A stretch of DNA of 64,000 nucleotides from contig JAXGYC010000007.1 in assembly GCA_040772485.1 (NCBI GenBank), forward strand, positions 864,001 to 928,000. The letters are read 5' to 3'. The DNA comes from Sedimentisphaerales bacterium (GTDB lineage Bacteria; Planctomycetota; Phycisphaerae; Sedimentisphaerales; Anaerobacaceae). The translations under genes and the position numbers were made by a program. How positions within the stretch are numbered: position 1 is the first letter of the stretch; the number at the start of each line of letters is the position of its first letter. Shown here piece by piece: positions 1-9,482 of this stretch. The notes under the pieces were generated by a model, which was given only the letters and a program-made list of their open reading frames with translations, made no database searches and was not told the origin of the DNA.

Positions 1-1281
1 CGCCTGGGCCGCGATTTCAGCGGTTTCATGGTCACGAATCTCACCGACGAGCACGATGTCCGGGTCCTGTCGCAGAATCGAGCGCAGGCACCGGGCAAAG
101 GTCAACCCGATGTCCGGCTTCATCTGGACCTGGATGAGACCGTCGAGATCGTACTCCACCGGGTCTTCCGTCGTGATGATCTTGCTGTCAATCGTGTTCA
201 GTTCACTCAAGGCCGAATAGAGGGTGGTAGTCTTTCCGGAACCGGTCGGGCCCGTCACGATGATGATCCCGTTCGGCCTGTTGATGAGCTGCCGCACCAG
301 CTTCAGGTCTTCCGGCTGGAAACCCAGCTTTTCCAGGTCGAAGCTCACCTGACTGCGGTCCAGGACACGAAGCACGACGCTCTCGCCGAACATCGTCGGA
401 AGCACGCTGACGCGCAGGTCGATCGGATTGCCCTGGACCGACAGCGAAATGCGACCGTCCTGCGGCAGTCTTCGCTCGGCGATGTCCAGGTTCGCCATGA
501 CCTTGATTCGGGAGCTCAAGGCCGCGGCAATGTACTTCGGAGGCGGGATCATCTCGTACAGAACGCCGTCGATACGATACCGCATCTTGTATTCGGTCTC
601 GAACGGCTCGAAGTGAATGTCCGACGCCTTGTCTCGAATCGCCTGCAGCAGCACCAGGTTCAGCAGCTTCTTGACGGGATTCGATTCCGACAGTTCCTTC
701 AGCTCGTCCAGGTCGATGCTCTGATTTCGTCCGTCGAATTCCGCCAGAAACGCATCCGACTGGATCTCGTCGATCAGCTCCGTGATGTTGTCATCTTCCG
801 ACTCGTAGTACTTCTTCAGCGCCGCCTCAAGGGCATCCCGGTCGGTCATTTTCGCCGTGACGGCAAACCCCATCAACGTCCGCAGGTCGTCCGTCGCCCG
901 GAAGTTGTCGACATTGTCAAGCACGACGACCAACTCATTCTTTGCCTTGTTGTACTCAATCGGAACAATATGATAGCTCGTCGCGGTTTGCGCAGGGACC
1001 TTCTCGATGACCTCCTGAGGAACATCCAGTCCGTCGATGTTGACGTACTCCATCCCTCGCTTGGCCGCCAGGGCCACCTGCAACTGCGTCTCATCGATCA
1101 GCCCGAGCTCGAGGAAGATCTCGCCGATCCGGACGCCTCCGCCTCGCTGCTTCTGGATGGTGAGGCACTCGTGGACCTTCTCCCGACTGAGGATCCCCAT
1201 CTTCATCAGGATTCGACCCAGGGGCCGGCCACGCAACTGCTCAACCGGAGGGAGCGTGATAGCTGTTTTGCTTTTGCCCAT
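1..1281 (-). CDS. pilB: PilB/GspE-family secretion ATPase, 3' end truncated by window
   Basis: Manual minus-strand translation (absent from ORF track because there is no stop in the window): MGKSKTAITLPPVEQLRGRPLGRILMKMG, Walker A GPTGSGKTTTLY, Walker B RQDPDIVLVGEIRD. Confidence 0.9.
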   Translation of the reverse strand, partial: MGKSKTAITLPPVEQLRGRPLGRILMKMGILSREKVHECLTIQKQRGGGVRIGEIFLELGLIDETQLQVALAAKRGMEYVNIDGLDVPQEVIEKVPAQTATSYHIVPIEYNKAKNELVVVLDNVDNFRATDDLRTLMGFAVTAKMTDRDALEAALKKYYESEDDNITELIDEIQSDAFLAEFDGRNQSIDLDELKELSESNPVKKLLNLVLLQAIRDKASDIHFEPFETEYKMRYRIDGVLYEMIPPPKYIAAALSSRIKVMANLDIAERRLPQDGRISLSVQGNPIDLRVSVLPTMFGESVVLRVLDRSQVSFDLEKLGFQPEDLKLVRQLINRPNGIIIVTGPTGSGKTTTLYSALSELNTIDSKIITTEDPVEYDLDGLIQVQMKPDIGLTFARCLRSILRQDPDIVLVGEIRDHETAEIAAQA

Positions 1282-1511
1282 AGTTCAAAGCCCTTAAAGC
1301 CTCTCTATCTCTCTACGTCCCGATTATAGCAAAGTAAACAGTTATTTCTACGAAAATTAGAAATAGGACACGTGGTTAACGAGGCGCAATACGGCTCAGT
1401 CAGATGGCCCCTATAACCAGACCGCGTGTAAGCCTATGTCCTATAGACGTGTTTGTGGCCACCCCGTTACGCGTGGAATGACTGCCCGTGTGTCGCAGAC
1501 TTTTCGGACCT

Positions 1512-2663
1512 TTACGTCTTGAGGATCGGTCCCATGTCTTCCAGTTCCTGGGCCGCCTCGGCAGCCTTCTTCTTCATCTTTCCTCTGGCCGAGGCGATCT
1601 TGGCCAGTGCCTTCTCTTGGAGGGCTCCCGGCCCCCGGCCCTTGTCGAGCATCTCCTCAAGCGTGATCTTCCCGGAGTCATAGAGGTTCCAGAGATGCTC
1701 ATCCAGCAATTGCATGCCCAGCTTCTTGCCCGTCTGGATGCTGGAATCAATGCGGTAGGTCTTGTTCTCCCGGATCAGGTTGGCAATGGCCGGCGTGACC
1801 ACAAGGAATTCGTAGGCGGCGATTCGGCCGCGACCCGAAGCCAGCGGACAGAGGGCCTGGCTGAGCACCGCAAGGAGATTGCCCGCCAACTGGATTCGGA
1901 TCTGTTCCTGCTGGTCCACCGGGAACACGTCAATAATACGGTTTATGGTACCTGCGGCACTGGTCGTGTGAACGGTGCTGAACACCAGGTGGCCCGTTTC
2001 CGCTGCACGGACGGCAGCCTCGATCGTTTCGAGGTCGCGCAATTCGCCGACGAGGATCACGTCCGGGTCCTGACGGAGCACGCGTCGGAGGGCCTCGGCG
2101 AAGCTGGGCACGTCCACGCCGACTTCACGCTGGTTGATGATCGATTTCTTGTGTGGCTGGTAGTACTCGATCGGGTCTTCCACGGTCACGATGTGTCGAT
2201 CGAAATTCTCGTTGATGTAGTTGATCATCGTCGCCAGCGTTGTGGTCTTGCCGCTTCCCGTCGGACCGGTAACAAGAAAAAGCCCGCGAGGACGGCGGCA
2301 GAGTGCCGCACAGATCTTGGGCAAGCCAAGTTGCTCAAATGTCAGGAGCTTATTGGGGATCTGCCGCAGGACGATGGAGATATTGCCCTTCTGCTTGAAC
2401 ACGGACACACGGAATCTCGCCGCATCGCCGAAGGCGAAGCCAAAATCCGTGCCCCCTTCCTCCTGAATCTCCTGCTCGCATCGTTCCGGCGTAATGCTCT
2501 TCATCAGGGCTACCGTATCATCGGGCTCCAAAACCTTCGTCTCAAGCGACCGAAGGTGCCCGTCGATGCGAAGTGTCGGGGGGCGGCCCACAGCAATGTG
2601 AATGTCCGAGGCCCCCTGCGAAACACACGCCTGCAGAAGCCTATCCATGTTCACTGTCGCCAT
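1512..2663 (-). CDS. pilT: Type IV pilus retraction ATPase PilT
   Basis: ASDIHI, GPTGSGKTTT, EDPIE, RQDPDVILVGE, AIANLIRE (AIRNLIRE variant), GMQLLD; AAGGA RBS before ATG 2663. Confidence 0.95.
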   Translation of the reverse strand: MATVNMDRLLQACVSQGASDIHIAVGRPPTLRIDGHLRSLETKVLEPDDTVALMKSITPERCEQEIQEEGGTDFGFAFGDAARFRVSVFKQKGNISIVLRQIPNKLLTFEQLGLPKICAALCRRPRGLFLVTGPTGSGKTTTLATMINYINENFDRHIVTVEDPIEYYQPHKKSIINQREVGVDVPSFAEALRRVLRQDPDVILVGELRDLETIEAAVRAAETGHLVFSTVHTTSAAGTINRIIDVFPVDQQEQIRIQLAGNLLAVLSQALCPLASGRGRIAAYEFLVVTPAIANLIRENKTYRIDSSIQTGKKLGMQLLDEHLWNLYDSGKITLEEMLDKGRGPGALQEKALAKIASARGKMKKKAAEAAQELEDMGPILKT

Positions 2664-2688
2664 CTGGTGATCCTTTGCCAAAAAACGG

Positions 2689-4428
2689 TTACTCTTCTAC
2701 CATACCCTCGGTCTGAGCGATTCGGGAGACCTCTTCGGCGGTGGTAGTTCCTTTGAAAATCTTCAGTTTGCCGTCCTCTGCCAGCCCACGCATCCCGGCA
2801 TTCTTGGCGGCCTTCCGTAACTCCGTGGTCGTGGCGCGTTTGAACGCCAGTTCACGCATCTCGGAGTTCATTTCGAGCATTTCGAAGATGCCGAGCCGGC
2901 CCTTATAGCCGGTGTTGTGACACGCCGGACAGCCCGCCCCCTTGTAGACAGGGCGTTTCTTCGTCTCCTCCGGATCGATCCCCACCAGCCGCAGATGGTG
3001 CGGATTGGGGTGCTCGTCCACCACTTTGCACTTCTTGCAGATGACGCGGATCAGTCGCTGGGCCATGATGGCCTGAATCGAACTGGCCACCAGGAACGGC
3101 TTGACCCCCATGTCGATCAAACGCGTGATCGCGCCGCAGGCGTCGTTGGTGTGCAGCGTGCTGAACACCAGATGGCCTGTCAGAGCGGCCTGGATGGCGA
3201 TATCAGCCACTTCGCTATCGCGGATTTCGCCAACGAGAATGATGTTCGGCGCCTGACGCAGCATGGATCGAAGGATCCGGTCGAAGGTCAGACCGATCTC
3301 CTCCTTCACCTGGCACTGATTCATCCCGGCGAACATGTACTCGACGGGATCCTCGGCCGTGATGATCTTCTTATCCGGCTTGTTCAACTCCTGCAACGCG
3401 GCATACAGGGTCGTGGTCTTGCCGCTACCGGTCGGCCCGGTCACCAGGAAAATGCCGTTGGGGCGCTTGATAATGCGCTGAAACGTCTCATAGTTGTCCT
3501 GCTCGAATCCAAGGGATTCGATGCCGATATTGACCGCGTCCGGCCGCAAGATACGTAGCACCACACTGGGACCGTGCACTCCCGGCAAGGACGAGACACG
3601 GAAATCGATATCCTGGCCGGCGATGTTCCGTTTGATACGGCCGTCCTGCGGCAGCCGTTTCTCGGCAATATCCATGCCGGAGAGAATCTTCAGACGCGTG
3701 ACCAGCGGCGCCTGCATGTTCTTGGGGATGTTGTCTTTCTCCAGACAGACGCCGTCGACCCGATACCGGATGCGGACACGGTCAGCCATCGGCTCGACGT
3801 GAATATCGCTGGCTCGCATGTGGTAGGCGGTGTCGATGATGAGATTCACCAGCCGGATGATCGGCCCCTCGTCGTCGGCATCGGCCGCCTGGGCGCGCTG
3901 CGCCTCGGCCGCCAGCTCACGCCCCACTTCCGCCAGTTCGGCGGCCGTGGCGTCGATGCTGTGCGTCAGCCGGTCATCCTCCGGCTTGACCACCTCCTGC
4001 TCGAGCGAACCGTCGATGTAGGCGCGGATCTTCTTCGGACTGGCCAGATAGCACTCCAACTCGGTATTCAGACGCAACCGGACGGAATCCATCATGTCCA
4101 GGTCCATCGGATCGCCGATGATCAGCTTCAAACGGCCGTTGGCCACGCTCAGAGGCAGAATGCCGTGGCGACGGATCAGGTCCTCCGGGACGATCTTCAC
4201 CGCATCCGAAGGGACCGTAACTTGGTCCAAGTCGACGTACTTGAGCCCAAACTGCTTGGCCAGGGCTTTGGCAAGGGTGTCCTCGTCGATGAGCTTCATA
4301 TCAAGCAAGACCTGGCCAAGCCGCTTGTTATTGGACTTGCCGGTCTTGATTGCATCGATAAGGGCCTCTTTCTTGACAAGCCCAGCCTTGTAGAGGATTT
4401 CCCCTAAGCGCCTGCGTTCCTTGGTCAT
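2689..4428 (-). CDS. pilB: PilB/GspE-family ATPase with MshEN-like N-terminus
   Basis: RLGEIL/RLGQVL N-terminal motifs, ASDIH, RLPQDGR, Walker A/B, CxxC..CxxC Zn motif, GYKGR. Confidence 0.93.
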   Translation of the reverse strand: MTKERRRLGEILYKAGLVKKEALIDAIKTGKSNNKRLGQVLLDMKLIDEDTLAKALAKQFGLKYVDLDQVTVPSDAVKIVPEDLIRRHGILPLSVANGRLKLIIGDPMDLDMMDSVRLRLNTELECYLASPKKIRAYIDGSLEQEVVKPEDDRLTHSIDATAAELAEVGRELAAEAQRAQAADADDEGPIIRLVNLIIDTAYHMRASDIHVEPMADRVRIRYRVDGVCLEKDNIPKNMQAPLVTRLKILSGMDIAEKRLPQDGRIKRNIAGQDIDFRVSSLPGVHGPSVVLRILRPDAVNIGIESLGFEQDNYETFQRIIKRPNGIFLVTGPTGSGKTTTLYAALQELNKPDKKIITAEDPVEYMFAGMNQCQVKEEIGLTFDRILRSMLRQAPNIILVGEIRDSEVADIAIQAALTGHLVFSTLHTNDACGAITRLIDMGVKPFLVASSIQAIMAQRLIRVICKKCKVVDEHPNPHHLRLVGIDPEETKKRPVYKGAGCPACHNTGYKGRLGIFEMLEMNSEMRELAFKRATTTELRKAAKNAGMRGLAEDGKLKIFKGTTTAEEVSRIAQTEGMVEE

Positions 4429-4489
4429 ACAAACCTCATGTGCAGCATCAACCCATCCCTGTTCATTTTATCAGTTCTTCCCAGGCAAG

Positions 4490-5740
4490 TCAACGGTCCA
4501 GTCCGCGTCGCAGGATATCCAGCGCCGTCTGTGCGGCGCGCAGCCGCACGTAACTGCGTTCCCACGGGAACACCTGGCGCACCGTGTGCACCTGCCCTTC
4601 AAAGTCGGCACAGACATACACAAGGCCGACCGGCTTCTCGTCGGTCCCGCCGTCTGGGCCGGCGATGCCGGTTATGCCGATCGCATAGTCAGTGCCGGCC
4701 CGAGCCCGGGCGCCTCGCGCCATGGCTTGTGCCACCTCCTCGCTGACCGCGCCGTGTCTGGCGATCAACTCCGGCGGCACCCCCAATTCGTCTATCTTGG
4801 CTTCATTGCTGTACGTCACCCACCCGCGCGTGAAATACCGGCTGGCCCCCGGAACATCCGTGATCAGCTTGGCGAGAAGCCCTCCCGTGCAGGACTCCGC
4901 CACCGCCAGCGTCTTGCCCTGACGCTGCAACTGCCGACCGACGACCTCAGCCAGGGTATCCTCGCCCACGCCATAGACCAGCGGCCCCAGGAGGCCGCGC
5001 AGCCTGGTCTCCTGGCACTGGGCCAGATTCTCGGCCTCGGCTACGGTCTGCGTGGTCGCGACAATCTCCAGCGTGATCACCCCTGTCTGAGCCGTGCAAT
5101 TGACCAGCGGGTTGTGGTCCCGGAGCATCGCGTCGCCGATCATTTCGGCGATCGTCGATTCGCCGGCGCCGAAGCACCTGAGCCTTCTGACCACCACCGC
5201 CTGAGACGGCGCCAACGCCCGCAGTCTCGGAAGGACCGAAGCCGCCAGCATTTGCTCCATCTCACGCGGGACACCGGGAAGAGCGAAGAAGACCTTGCCA
5301 TCCTTCTCGGCGACGATCCCCGGGGCCGTTCCCCACTCGTTGGGCACAGCGTCAGCCCCTTTCGGGACGCGGGCCTGGCCCGCATTCTTGCGCACCATCG
5401 GCACACCACGCCTCTGGAACATCTCACTTATTCTGACAAGCAGGTCCTCCCGGAGTTCCAGCTCAACCCCCAGGAATTCGGCAAAACCTTCGCGGGTCAG
5501 GTCGTCGTCGGTCGGGCCCAACCCTCCGGTGGCAATGACAATATCCGCCTCCTCGGCGGCCAGCCTCAGGGCACGGACAATCGCCGGCTGGAGATCGGCC
5601 ACCGTATATGAGCTGGCCGTCGGGACACCGATCAACCGCAACTGCCGTTCGATATACGCCGCATTCGTGTCGACGGTATGGCCGCTGAGAACCTCGTTGC
5701 CGATACTGATGATAGACGCCTGCTTGACCCGACCGACCAT
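4490..5740 (-). CDS. cinA: Competence/damage-inducible protein A (MoCF-binding + PncC domain)
   Basis: IGNEVLSGHTVDTN, GGLGPTDDDLT, LPGVPREM, AESCTGG, GITGIAGPDGG. Confidence 0.93.
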   Translation of the reverse strand: MVGRVKQASIISIGNEVLSGHTVDTNAAYIERQLRLIGVPTASSYTVADLQPAIVRALRLAAEEADIVIATGGLGPTDDDLTREGFAEFLGVELELREDLLVRISEMFQRRGVPMVRKNAGQARVPKGADAVPNEWGTAPGIVAEKDGKVFFALPGVPREMEQMLAASVLPRLRALAPSQAVVVRRLRCFGAGESTIAEMIGDAMLRDHNPLVNCTAQTGVITLEIVATTQTVAEAENLAQCQETRLRGLLGPLVYGVGEDTLAEVVGRQLQRQGKTLAVAESCTGGLLAKLITDVPGASRYFTRGWVTYSNEAKIDELGVPPELIARHGAVSEEVAQAMARGARARAGTDYAIGITGIAGPDGGTDEKPVGLVYVCADFEGQVHTVRQVFPWERSYVRLRAAQTALDILRRGLDR

Positions 5741-5869
5741 CCCATCTCCCGACGCACGCTGGACCTGAAACCCCCGAGTGTGACCCCACACATCACCCGG
5801 CGTAGAAACGCCACTATCCCCTCCGGCCTGCCCTCGCCGCCTGCCGCTGCCACGAAGCGATCCAGGCAA

Positions 5870-6904
5870 TCACATCTCGATCATCGCCTTGACGACGCCG
5901 TCTCTGTACCCGGCCACCAGCTCAAAGGCCTCCTGAACCTGCGCGAGCCCGAACCGGTGCGTCACCATGAAATCGACGCCGGCCGCACCCGACGCGACCA
6001 GATCCATCGCTTCGTGCGTACACTTGTTTTGACGGCGCACGTTGATGATCGTTACTTCCTTGCGGCGGATTTTGTCGATCGACAGCGCAATGCGGTCTTC
6101 GCGAGGAATACCGATCAGCAAAAGCTTGCCACCCGGCTTGAGCAGATCGACCGCCTGGTCGATCGTTTCCTGCTGGCCCGCGCATTCGTACACGACATCC
6201 ATTCCGAAAGGTTTATGCCGAAGGATCGCCGCGACCACATCCTCCTTGAGCGGATTGCCGACCCAGGCGGCTCCTGCCTTCCTGGCGATCTCCACTCGCT
6301 CGTCGATCTTCTCGGTCATATAGCAGGCCCCGACACCGGCGGCCCTGGCGCTGACCAGACAGCACAGCCCAATGGGCCCGGCGCCCAGCATCGCGACGTC
6401 CGCCCCCTTGGCCGGACGCGATTGTTTGACCGCGTAGACCGCGATCGCCAGAGGCTCACAGAGCACCCCCTGCTCGATGGAAATCCTGCCGTGCGTCGGC
6501 AGACAGCATTCCTCGGGCATCACGATGTATTGCGACAGGCACCCGTTGCCCTGACCGGGCGTGCCGAGAAAACGCAGATTGAAGCAGGTGTTCTCGCGAC
6601 CGGCCTTGCACTGCGCACAGCCGTGACAGGACACCGCCGGCTCGACCACCACTTCCTGGCCCACCTTGAGGCTCTTCACGTCGGGACCGATCTTCGCGAC
6701 CGTCGCGGCGCACTCATGGCCGACGATGAACGGGAACTGCACGACCTGCGAACCGATCCGCCCAGTCTCGAAGTAGTGAACGTCCGAGCCGCAGACCCCC
6801 ACCTTCTCGACCTTCAGCAAGACATCGGTCCCCTTCTGGATCTTCGGATCGGGAACCTCCCGCACTTCCATCCGGCGAACGCCGGTCAAGACCGCTGCTT
6901 TCAT
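5870..6904 (-). CDS. Zn-dependent (MDR) alcohol/polyol dehydrogenase, sorbitol-DH-like
   Basis: CGSD, GHE, structural Zn CxxCxxCx7C, GAGPIG. Confidence 0.9.
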   Translation of the reverse strand: MKAAVLTGVRRMEVREVPDPKIQKGTDVLLKVEKVGVCGSDVHYFETGRIGSQVVQFPFIVGHECAATVAKIGPDVKSLKVGQEVVVEPAVSCHGCAQCKAGRENTCFNLRFLGTPGQGNGCLSQYIVMPEECCLPTHGRISIEQGVLCEPLAIAVYAVKQSRPAKGADVAMLGAGPIGLCCLVSARAAGVGACYMTEKIDERVEIARKAGAAWVGNPLKEDVVAAILRHKPFGMDVVYECAGQQETIDQAVDLLKPGGKLLLIGIPREDRIALSIDKIRRKEVTIINVRRQNKCTHEAMDLVASGAAGVDFMVTHRFGLAQVQEAFELVAGYRDGVVKAMIEM

Positions 6905-6937
6905 TCCGTGCTCGACTCCCGTCAGACCCGAGTATGC

Positions 6938-7996
6938 CTATACGTTAAATCGGAAATTGATGATGTCGCCGTCTTTGACGACGTATTCTTTCCCTTCCAG
7001 CCGCATCTTCCCCGCCGCCTTGACCGCCTTCTCGTCGCCCAGTGCCTTCAGGTCGGTGTAGGCCATTGTCTCGGCTCGGATGAAGCCCCGTTTGATATCG
7101 CTGTGGATCTTGCCGGCCGCATCCACCGCCACCGTGCCGTCCTTGATCGGCCAGGCCCGCACCTCGTCGGACCCCGCCGTCAGAAAACTCACCAATCCGA
7201 GCGTCGAATAGCACATCTGAACGAACTTCTCGGCCGCCGACTCGGTGATCCCCAGATCGGCCATGAAGGTCTTGCGGCTCTCGGCATCCAACTGCGCCAG
7301 CTCGTATTCGAGCTTGGCGCACATCGTCACCGCCGAGATCGGCCCGGCCACGGCAATCGTCTCGCCCGCCTGGTCCTCCCCCACGTTGATGACAGCCGCC
7401 ATGGGCTTGAGCGTCAGGAAACCAAGGGATTTGACAATAGCCCGTTCCTCTTCGCTGTGAATCACGGAACTGATCGGCTTCTCCGCTTCGATGGCCTCCT
7501 GCAACCTCAGTTGGAGAGCCAGTTCGGCCTTGTCCTGCGTCTGCGTCTTGGTGGGCTTGTGGATCTGCTTCTCCAGCTTCTCGACCCGCGTGGTGACCAG
7601 CTCCAGATCGCTCAAGAGCAGTTCGGTCTGCAGCTCGGCCAGGTCGCGTTTCCAGTCGATGCTGTTGCGGTACGCGGCGACGCTCGGATCGTCGAACGCC
7701 CGCACGACCAGAATCAACATGTCGGCCGTACGGATCTGGCCGATCAGCCGTCGGGCCGCCGCGCGACCGTGCTCGTCGGTGAAACTGAAACCCGGCAAAT
7801 CCAGCACGTCGATGGTCGCCAGGGTCTTCTTCTTGGGCTTGTAGAGGGCGTTGAGCCAATCCAGACGCCTGTCCGGAACCGGCACGATCGCCTCCTCGAT
7901 CGCGGTGGCTCCAATCGGCGGAACGGCCTTGCCGCTGATGGCCGAGAAGATCGTACTCTTGCCGGACTGCATCAGCCCAAGCAACGCTGCTTTCAT
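6938..7996 (-). CDS. ychF: Redox-regulated ATPase YchF (Obg family)
   Basis: P-loop GLMQSGKST, VPDRRLD, EVRAW, AAGKIHSD..RGFIRAE, EGKEYVVKDGDIINFRFNV. Confidence 0.92.
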   Translation of the reverse strand: MKAALLGLMQSGKSTIFSAISGKAVPPIGATAIEEAIVPVPDRRLDWLNALYKPKKKTLATIDVLDLPGFSFTDEHGRAAARRLIGQIRTADMLILVVRAFDDPSVAAYRNSIDWKRDLAELQTELLLSDLELVTTRVEKLEKQIHKPTKTQTQDKAELALQLRLQEAIEAEKPISSVIHSEEERAIVKSLGFLTLKPMAAVINVGEDQAGETIAVAGPISAVTMCAKLEYELAQLDAESRKTFMADLGITESAAEKFVQMCYSTLGLVSFLTAGSDEVRAWPIKDGTVAVDAAGKIHSDIKRGFIRAETMAYTDLKALGDEKAVKAAGKMRLEGKEYVVKDGDIINFRFNV

Positions 7997-7997
7997 C

Positions 7998-8546
7998 TCA
8001 CAGTGCTCCGGACCTATCGCGAACCCTATCGTACACACAGCCCCCGGCGGCATCATATGCCACCACCGCAGGGAAATCAACGACCTCCAGCCGGCGGATC
8101 GCTTCCGTGCCGAGATCCTCGTACGCAACGACCTCGGCGCGGATGATATGCTTGCTCAGCAGCGCGCCGGCTCCTCCGAGTGTCGAGAGGTGAACGGCTC
8201 CATGCTGCTGCAACGCCCGGCGGACTTCGTCGCTGCGATAGCCCTTGCCCATCGTCGCCCGCAGGCCGTGGGCGATCAGCATGGGACTGAACGGGTCCAT
8301 TCGCGACGATGTGGTCGGCCCGGCGGCGCCGATGACCGCTCCCGGCCGGGCCGGCGTCGGACCGACGAAGTAGAGAATCGCCCCATTCAGATCGATCGGC
8401 AGTCCCTCCCCGGCGTCGAGTGCGGCACAGAGCCGCTTGTGGGCCATGTCGCGGGCGGTATACACCACGCCGCGAAGGATTACCTCATCACCCGCTTTCA
8501 GCCGGCGGATATCCTTTTCCGCCAGGGGCGCACACAACTGTATCAC
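7998..8546 (-). CDS. Class I fumarate hydratase / tartrate dehydratase beta subunit
   Basis: TARDMAH, GPTTSSRM, GKG, DLGTEA; GGAGG before GTG 8546. Confidence 0.9.
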   Translation of the reverse strand: MIQLCAPLAEKDIRRLKAGDEVILRGVVYTARDMAHKRLCAALDAGEGLPIDLNGAILYFVGPTPARPGAVIGAAGPTTSSRMDPFSPMLIAHGLRATMGKGYRSDEVRRALQQHGAVHLSTLGGAGALLSKHIIRAEVVAYEDLGTEAIRRLEVVDFPAVVAYDAAGGCVYDRVRDRSGAL

Positions 8547-8723
8547 TGAATCGGACCTCCCGGGCCCGCTCTGCATCGAGCGCGCCGGACTATGCTATTG
8601 GATGAGCGACGTCGCAGGCGGTGAGTGTAACACATCGCTCCTTCCTTGCGAATGGAAAAACAGGCCGAAAGGGATTTGTTGGCAAAGCCCCGGAAAATTC
8701 GTGTCGAATCGGATCGGCGACTG

Positions 8724-8729
8724 TATAAT
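8724..8729 (+). promoter_or_regulatory. Putative sigma70 -10 box for the siroheme gene (very short leader)
   Basis: TATAAT 10 nt upstream of ATG 8740; no SD sequence visible. Confidence 0.5.
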
Positions 8730-8739
8730 CCACAGCGCT

Positions 8740-9384
8740 ATGCCGAAATATCCGATATTCCTGGATCTGACCGATCGACGGGTCGTGCTCGTCGGCGGTG
8801 GCGCCGTCGCCGTGCGGAAGGCCCATGTCCTTCTCGACGCCGGTGCGCGCCTAGTGATCGTGACCGACCAGGCGAGCGACGTGCTGACCGGCCTGTGCGC
8901 CGGGCGCGCCGCTGAACTGGTCCGAGCCAGGTACGCCAAGGAGTATATCGCTGAGGCGGTGCTCGTCATCGCCGCGACCAACGACGAGAAGGTCAATCGG
9001 CAGGTATACAGCGACTGCCAGGAACTGGGAATACTCTGCAACGTGGTGGACGACCCGCCCCTGTGCGATTTCTTCGTTCCGGCCGTCGTGCGACGAGGCG
9101 ACCTGCAAATCGCCATCGGGACCGACGGCTATTGCCCTGCCTATGCCGGCCACCTTCGCAACAAACTCGAAGCGATCTTCACCGAGCAGCACGGCCTGTT
9201 CCTGGCCGAGCTCGAATGGGCCCGGAAGCAGATCATCGAGGAGATTGCGAATTCCGCCGACCGTAAGGCGTTGCTGGGCGAGTTGGTCGAAGATGCGTCG
9301 TTCGAGTATTTCACCGCCCATGGCTCGGCCGCCTGGCGAGAGAGGGCCCGCCGGCGCATCGAGTCGCACAAGACCGGAAGCTGA
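8740..9384 (+). CDS. Precorrin-2 dehydrogenase / sirohydrochlorin ferrochelatase (CysG N-terminal / SirC-like)
   Basis: YPIFLDL, VGGGAVAVRK, NVVDDPPLCDFFVPA, IAIGTDG. Confidence 0.92.
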   Translation: MPKYPIFLDLTDRRVVLVGGGAVAVRKAHVLLDAGARLVIVTDQASDVLTGLCAGRAAELVRARYAKEYIAEAVLVIAATNDEKVNRQVYSDCQELGILCNVVDDPPLCDFFVPAVVRRGDLQIAIGTDGYCPAYAGHLRNKLEAIFTEQHGLFLAELEWARKQIIEEIANSADRKALLGELVEDASFEYFTAHGSAAWRERARRRIESHKTGS

Positions 9385-9482
9385 CCTGCGGTCGGCTCGT
9401 CAGATAGAATCGCCGTGCTCGATCTCCGCACCCAAGACGCCCTCCCGCTGATGTGCCCGGTGAGGGGCCGAAGCCAACGACC

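Noticed and set aside
28..1329. 433-aa plus-strand ORF, and similar long antisense ORFs (1488-2747, 5678-8146, 27458-29608, 38204-40006, 42441-44582)
   Set aside because: Shadow frames of well-supported genes on the opposite strand in GC-rich DNA; no recognisable motifs
1..4428. Duplicated pilB around pilT as a novelty
   Set aside because: Multiple PilB/GspE paralogs next to pilT are commonplace in planctomycete pilus/T2SS clusters
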